In this document: piece after piece, positions 62,590 to 64,000 of the stretch
Layout: the number at the start of each line of letters is the position of its first letter
Position numbering within the stretch: position 1 is the stretch's first letter
NCBI RefSeq assembly: GCF_000143415.4
Contig: NW_003314288.1
Span: 1,058,047-1,122,046, forward strand
Direction of reading: 5' to 3'
DNA from: Selaginella moellendorffii
Taxonomy: Eukaryota > Plantae > Lycopodiophyta
Length of the DNA: 64,000 bases
Program-made: the position numbers and the translations under genes
Notes under the pieces: model-generated
The model's database searches: none
Seen by the model: the letters and a program-made list of their open reading frames with translations, nothing else
What the model was told of the DNA's origin: nothing

Positions 62590-63270
62590 ATGCTTCTTAG
62601 GGATTGGTGTTTTTGGATCACCGTAGTAAACCACCCAGACGTATGCCCTCGTTGGGCATATGAAAGATGCGAAAGAAACGTTTGATGGGAGCAATTCATC
62701 CTTGTTGTTGCCATCATTCCTTGTGTCTACGGTAATCATCGTGATGATTTTTGACAAAAGGACTCCAAGGATGGTTACAGATTTGGAGGTGGCAAATCTG
62801 GCCACAGAATTTGATGAGATTTTGGTAGTATGCAAATAAAATTTATACGCAACTCAAGATAGAGTAAAAAACTTTGTTAATGAGCATTGCTAATTCCAAA
62901 AATATAAAGTGTGTCTTTATGTAAGTGATCTTTCCGTCTCCACAAATGCATTAAGGTTAGGACCATTATCCAAAAGAATTTGCTTTGGATAAGAATGTTA
63001 AATTACCACTTGATTGAGGAAGAAATACCCAAAAACAGTCACTAATGCATTAGCAAGAGCACTAACTTCTATCTAGCGATTCAAGTAGTCAAAAACAATA
63101 ATAATATATTCATTGTTAGCAATTGACCATGGAAAAAGTCCTATCAAATTAAATGTTACCAACTCAAATAGACTTAGGATAAGGTAAAGAAATTTACTAA
63201 TAAACATTGCCAATTCCGAGAATATAAGGTGGGAGAACTTGTCTTTGTGCAAGTGCTATTTTGTTGGGAT
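62590..63270 (+). mobile_element. Highly degraded gypsy integrase C-terminal remnants related to 22800-23600
   Basis: ANLATEFDEILVVCK*NLYATQDRVKNF matches TNLATKLDEILVVCKQNLQAAQDRVKKF of ORF 23314-23661. Confidence 0.6.
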
Positions 63271-64000
63271 GTGAGCTGCATCCATGAGCCATTAGCTACT
63301 GAGAGAGCATGAGATCCAGAGAACATTTCAATTCCTAAAATATTCTAATACATATGATGCTAGGTCATGGGGAGGGCAAAAGAGATGGAGTTTTGGAGAT
63401 GCACCTAGAGCATGAGTGGAGTGTTGAGTGTCTAGGCATGGTTGGGGATTCCCCACTCCCCAGCAAGTGGTGAACACAACATGACATGATTTATGGAGTT
63501 TTTGAGAGATTGGAGTCATGCTTTCTTTCTTTCTTTCATGAGAGATTTTCCTTTTATGGGTCTCTAGAATGCTCGGTTGGCTATCTAAGTACATGACACA
63601 GCTAAGCACGGCCATAGCTAGGAAAGCAAAAATTTCTTTTCTTTTGGATCTTTCTTGAGGGTTTTCTTGGGTGCATTTGCTTTTGGACCAGAACTCTCAT
63701 AGAAATAGTCATGATTTCATACGGTGTTTGTGGTGGTGAGTAGCTTAGGAACTCTTCTTTCCAACAAGCTATGCCGCAATAGCAGATTTGGCTGAGAGAG
63801 TGCATGCAAAGTGTTTTTCTTCTCTTTACCCTCAATGTGCAATGTTCTAGCATCAATTTCTTGTATTGTAGGGAGCAGATTTGCATGGGAATGTAGAAGC
63901 TGGAAAGCTTAGGCTCTGCTCTTTGTTTTGAAGTGCGTCAAACTCAGGGATTCTTCGAGAAAGCATCCATGCAGAGAGCTTTTCTTTCATCTCACGTGAT

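Overview
Eukaryotic plant nuclear DNA. The ~45-65 nt GT-AG introns and very compact genes suggest a lycophyte such as Selaginella (inference). There are five assembly gaps: 13639-13738, 16437-16676, 18170-18269, 55041-55140 and 59919-60018. The first 8 kb hold three intact host genes: a NUDX14-like ADP-sugar pyrophosphatase (-), a glutaredoxin/DEP/DUF547 protein (+) and an HVA22-like protein (+). The rest is a nest of transposons. The main feature is a complete 13.07-kb DNA transposon (34965-48033) with 24-bp terminal inverted repeats (TIRs) and a 4-bp TCAT target-site duplication (TSD). It encodes a Sola-like DDE transposase on the - strand. Divergently, it carries a multi-exon cargo gene with a ParB/Srx-like domain, a degenerate beta-class DNA-methyltransferase-like region, an acidic tract and an FCP1/NIF-type HAD phosphatase domain. 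The element contains about 25 copies of a 22-bp palindrome (ATGGCRTG-N6-CAYGCCAT), located in introns, UTRs and coding sequence and not seen outside the TIRs. This resembles a ParB/parS-like or self-targeting chromatin system (hypothesis). Other notable items: a 5S-rRNA-bearing Cassandra-like solo LTR inserted in a chromodomain; a chromovirus with intron-like insertions in its integrase, tRNA-like 3' hairpins and a duplicated 3' end; a second methyltransferase relic; IS3EU-like and MULE/GCM-like relics; and an inverted duplication of a bulb-type lectin pseudogene. All domain calls come from motif recognition by eye, not from database searches.
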